Source of the DNA: Mycoplasma mobile 163K
GTDB lineage: Bacteria; Bacillota_I; Bacilli_A; Mycoplasmatales; Metamycoplasmataceae
Length of the DNA: 32,000 nt
Direction: 5' to 3'
Assembly (NCBI RefSeq): GCF_000008365.1
Contig: NC_006908.1
Coordinates: forward strand, 660,001 to 692,000
The notes under the pieces are model-generated. The model saw only the letters and a program-made list of their open reading frames with translations. It was not told where the DNA came from and did no database searches. Shown here piece after piece: positions 28,467 to 32,000 of the stretch. A program made the position numbers and the translations under genes. The number at the start of each line of letters is the position of its first letter. The first letter of the stretch is position 1.

Positions 28467-29768
28467 TTATTTTTTTGGTTTTCCTAAAATTTTAAACATG
28501 TTTGCTTTGTAAACTTCTACACCTGGTTGGTTAAATGGGTTTAAATTTAACAAATAAGCACTCATTGCACAAGCTCTTTCAAAAAACATAAATAATCATC
28601 CTAAAGTTTCTTCAGTTGAATCGGCAATCTCTAAAATAATATTAGGTACTTTTGCTACATCTGTGTGAGCACTTACTGTAGCATCTAAAGCAGCGACATT
28701 AATTCCATGCAATGTTTTATTAACCAAGTAATTAATTCCATCAAAATTTTCCTTGTCTTCACTAATGTCTAAGTCAATCTTAGGTTTTTTCAAATTTATA
28801 ACTGTTTCAAATAAAATTCTTGACCCTTCTTGAATAAATTGTCCAAGAGAATGTAAATCAGTAGAGAATATTTTTGATGAAGGATATAAACCTAATTCAT
28901 TTTTACCTTCTGTTTCACCAAAAAGTTGTTTTCATCATTCTAAAAAGTATTGGAAATAAGGTTCATAAGATATAAGAACTTCAACAGCATATTTTTTTTG
29001 TGTATGCATGATGTGCCTTGCAACAGCATATTGATAAGCTATGTTTTCTTCAAGATCACTTTTTTTGTAAAAGTCATTAGATTTTTGAGCACCTACTAAA
29101 ATTTCTCTTACATTTAAACCGGCACAAAGCATTGGGAATAATCCAACAGGAGTTAAAACAGAATATCTTCCACCAACATCATCTGGGATAATAAAACTTG
29201 TATAACCTTCTTTTCTAACAATTTCTCTTAATAATCCTTTATTTGCATCTGTTGTTGCAATAATAAATTTTCTCGATTCTGCTTTTCCAACTTTTTTTTC
29301 TAATAATTCTCTAAAAAATCTAAAAGCAATGCTTGGTTCTAAAGTTGTTCCACTTTTTGAAATAATGTTGATTGCAAATTTTTTATTTTCAACATAAGCT
29401 AATAATTGAGCTGTTGCTGTAGAACTTAGATTTGTTCCTGCATAAATAATTTCTAATTTTTTTGAACCGCTCAAAGGGAAAGTACCATTAACAAATTCGA
29501 TTGCAGCTCTTGCACCTAAATATGATCCACCAATTCCGATAACAACAAGAATTTCAACATTTTCTTTAATCAATCATTTGGCTTTTTCTTCCATATTTAA
29601 AAATTCATCTCAGTTTATTTGATTTGGTAAATCTTTTCAACCTAAAAAATCGCTTCCAATCATTTCAAAGCGATTCATTTTTTCGTTGATTTCCTTTACT
29701 TGATCTTTGTAATTTAAAATTTCACTAGAATCAATTGCATTTAATAAATTAAGTTTGATTTTTTCCAT
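28467..29768 (-). CDS. pgi: glucose-6-phosphate isomerase
   Basis: ATG at 29768-29766 after AAGGAGATTAAAAA. Track ORFs 28935-29573 and 28596-28793 share its frame, which was checked open (only TGA) down to TAA at 28469-28467 (433 aa). [22 protein letters not shown] and the SKSGTT(L)E block are present. Confidence 0.95.
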
Positions 29769-30091
29769 TTTTTAATCTCCTTGTTTGTTTTGTTTAATAG
29801 ATTTTGAAAACCGTTTTTAGTTTCCTCAATTACATGATCAAATGGCTCTTTTAGTAAATTTGGCATCAATGCTTTGTAAGAACAATATAGAACTTTTTCT
29901 TCTTCTTCGATTTTGTAAATTTGAACAAAAATTTTTTCACCTATTTTGAAAAGATGGCTGATATTTTGGACAAAATAATCACTCAATTCATTTATAAAAA
30001 CAATTGCTTTATACTCATCAAAAAGCAAAATAATATTTTTAAAATTTATTTGTTCTACTTTTCCAAAAAGTACTTGATCTTTTTTAAACAT
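29741..30091 (-). CDS. S1 RNA-binding domain protein (small, YugI/GSP13-like)
   Basis: 116-aa intact ORF. GKVEQINFKNIILLFDEYKAIVFINELSDYFVQNISHLFKIGEKIFVQIYKIEEE follows the S1/OB pattern (G.V..i...g.fv......g.ihisels......i....f.vG..v.v.v). The 3' end overlaps the pgi start by 28 nt. Confidence 0.6.
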   Translation of the reverse strand: MFKKDQVLFGKVEQINFKNIILLFDEYKAIVFINELSDYFVQNISHLFKIGEKIFVQIYKIEEEEKVLYCSYKALMPNLLKEPFDHVIEETKNGFQNLLNKTNKEIKKWKKSNLIY

Positions 30092-30162
30092 AATCTCTTT
30101 TTATTATATCTTATTTTTTATCTCTCCAAAAACATAAACATTATTTATGGTAAAATTTTTAA

Positions 30163-30711
30163 ATGTTAAGAATTATTAGTGGTAAATTTAAAAACCATTT
30201 TGTTGAATCTCCTCCTTTAGAAATTGTAAGACCAAGTACAGAAAAAGTCAGAGAAGCTATTTTTGATATGATTCAATTTGATATTGAGCAAGCAATTGTT
30301 GCTGATCTTTTTGCAGGAAGTGGAATTTTTAGTTTTGAATTTATTTCAAGGGGAGCAATGAAAGTTTTTTCAATTGAAAAAAACTACAAAATTTTTAATT
30401 TAATTAAAAAAAATATTGAAAAGTTTAAAGTAAATAACATTGATGCTATTAATACTGATGCGTTAAATTTTATTTCTCATGCTAATGGAAAAAAGTTTGA
30501 TTTTATTTTTATGGATGCTCCATATGATAATTACGATCTCGTAAATGAAATCATAGCAAAAATTTTCAAAGAAGATTTGCTTAATCCAGAAGGTAGAATT
30601 ATAGTCGAAACTAATGATAAAAATAAAATCATTGTTCCACAACCTGGAATGATTACTAAAGAAAAAAAATATGGGAAAACATTTGTTTTATTTTTAAATA
30701 AAATTTTATAA
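30163..30711 (+). CDS. rsmD: 16S rRNA (guanine966-N2)-methyltransferase RsmD
   Basis: 182-aa ORF. MLRIISGKFKN, RPSTEKVREAIFDMI, the SAM motif DLFAGSG and the DAPY (DPPY-type) motif are present. Confidence 0.88.
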   Translation: MLRIISGKFKNHFVESPPLEIVRPSTEKVREAIFDMIQFDIEQAIVADLFAGSGIFSFEFISRGAMKVFSIEKNYKIFNLIKKNIEKFKVNNIDAINTDALNFISHANGKKFDFIFMDAPYDNYDLVNEIIAKIFKEDLLNPEGRIIVETNDKNKIIVPQPGMITKEKKYGKTFVLFLNKIL

Positions 30712-30780
30712 AAGGTGTGAGAAACTAGTTATAGTTTTTATTTAAAGTTTAGTAAATAAAATATGTGTATAATTTTAATT

Positions 30781-31368
30781 ATGCATCATGGGAAAATTAT
30801 AATTTTATCTGGGCCTTCAGGAGTAGGTAAAGGTTCAATTGAAAAATTACTTTTAGAAGATGAAAAATTGAAATTAAAATTTTCAACATCTGTAACATCA
30901 AGAAAACCAAGAGTAAATGAAATTGAAGGAAAAGATTATTTTTTTAGAAGCGAAGAAGAATTTTCAGAATTAATCAAAGAAAAAAAATTTATTGAATGAA
31001 GTAGGCATTTAAATAATTATTATGGAACTTTAAAATCTGAAGTAGATAAAATTTTAGGTGCAAAATTTAATGTTTTAATTGAAATTGAAACAACAGGTGC
31101 TTTAAACATCTTAAAATATTACAAAAAGAAAAACATGTTGAATGATGTAATTTCTATTTTTATTTTACCTCCTAGATTAGAAGAATTAGAAACAAGAATT
31201 CTTAATAGAGGTAGTGAAACAAAAGAAGAAATTAAGATCAGAATAAAAAAAGCAAAAAAAGAGATTAAACTTAAAAATAAATTCAAATATAATTTAACCA
31301 ACAATTTTTTACATGAATGTGTAGAAGAAGTAAAAAATATTTTAAAAAGGGAAATACATGAAATTTAA
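30781..31368 (+). CDS. gmk: guanylate kinase
   Basis: Track ORFs 30763-30999 and 31135-31368 are one frame, joined through TGA (FIEWSRH). The P-loop is SGPSGVGKGS and the region contains TSRKPR..E..G.DYFF. ATG at 30781 (MHHGKIIILSGPSG) is preferred, and ATG at 30763 is also possible. Confidence 0.9.
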
Positions 31369-32000
31369 ATATACAGTGCTCACAAATATAGGTGTGGTTA
31401 GAAAAGAAAATCAAGATCGGGCTAAAATTTTAGAAAATGAAGAAGTAGTATTTGCTATTTTATGTGATGGAATGGGTGGACATTTTGGTGGTTCTATTGC
31501 TGCCGAGATAAGTATAAAAACATTTGAAAATTTTTTCAATGCAAGATTTCCAAAAAATGTTAAAAATGAAACAAATGTTTATTTTGAATGAGTTAAAGAG
31601 GCATTGAAAAATTTAAAAGATGCTATGCTCAAAGAAGCAAATGGTGATGCAAAAAAAATGGACATGGGTACAACAATGACTGCTGCTATTATTTTTAAAA
31701 ACACTCACAATATTATTATTTTTAATATTGGTGATAGTAGAGCTTATATTTATAATGGGTTTTTACATCAAATAACTGTTGATCAAAATTTAACAAATTA
31801 TTACATTAAAGAAAAAAAATGAAATGAATTTGAAGCTTCTAAAATCCCTGGTGGATCAGCATTAGTTTCTTCAATTGGTCCAAATAAAAAAACAAATGTA
31901 GAAATTTTTCAAGTCGATAGATCAGAAGCAAATATTCCGAAATATGTTGTGTTAACTTCTGATGGTGTCCATGATTATGTTACAAAAGATTATTTTGAAA
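31358..32000 (+). CDS. prpC: PP2C-family Ser/Thr protein phosphatase, truncated by the right edge of the window
   Basis: The ATG at 31358 overlaps the gmk end by 11 nt. Track ORFs 31358-31591 and 31604-31822 and the remainder share one frame through TGA. PP2C motifs RKENQD, LCDGMGGH, IGDSRAY and LTSDGV are present. The usual gmk...prpC(-pknB) neighbourhood is kept. Confidence 0.88.

Noticed and set aside
1-32000. Mobile elements, restriction-modification or toxin-antitoxin modules, defence islands, CRISPR repeats, tandem repeats, and tRNA/rRNA genes.
   Set aside because: Reading both strands, I found no transposase/integrase-like ORFs, no regularly spaced direct repeats, no long inverted terminal repeats and no tRNA-like GTTCGAATC/T-loop signatures. 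The window is essentially a core-genome housekeeping region with two or three lineage-specific genes.

Overview
This is a strongly AT-rich mollicute (Mycoplasma-type) chromosomal segment that only makes sense under genetic code 4 (TGA = Trp). Almost every fragmented ORF in the supplied standard-code track fuses into a full-length conserved gene when in-frame TGA is read through. I resolve 35 protein-coding genes, two of them cut by the window edges, plus several hairpin terminators and a few sigma70-type promoter candidates. I saw no rRNA, tRNA, CRISPR array, IS element or prophage.

Most of the content is housekeeping:
- rsmI, holB and ffh.
- A class-I mannose-6-P isomerase, rmuC, dCMP deaminase and degV.
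- rplJ-rplL.
- A tight nucleoside-salvage operon, deoD-deoA(pdp)-deoC-upp.
- leuS, ftsH, pth, a Dps-like gene, uvrC, tyrS, nfo, rpmG, pepP and efp.
- An Asp23-like gene, tkt, pgi, an S1-domain gene, rsmD, gmk and a PP2C phosphatase.

The points most worth a second look:
1. A 546-aa membrane-anchored protein (20543-22183, minus) aligns motif by motif with Pasteurella PmST1-type (CAZy GT80) sialyltransferase / trans-sialidase. It is split into six pieces in the ORF track.
2. An intact LeuRS of only 630 aa has the whole CP1 editing domain replaced by a 9-residue linker. From memory this is a trait reported for Mycoplasma mobile, which would suggest the source organism.
3. An orphan promoter plus terminator pair upstream of the dCMP deaminase gene defines a roughly 120-nt candidate sRNA or attenuator leader that carries a CCUCCUCUC element.
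4. A translationally coupled pair of unknown genes lies between dps and uvrC. One encodes an N/Q/T/P/R-rich, tail-anchored protein.
5. EF-P has Arg instead of Lys at the tip of its modified loop.
6. A phosphohexomutase homologue has a non-canonical catalytic loop.

All similarity statements come from by-eye alignment to remembered family motifs. No database search was run.
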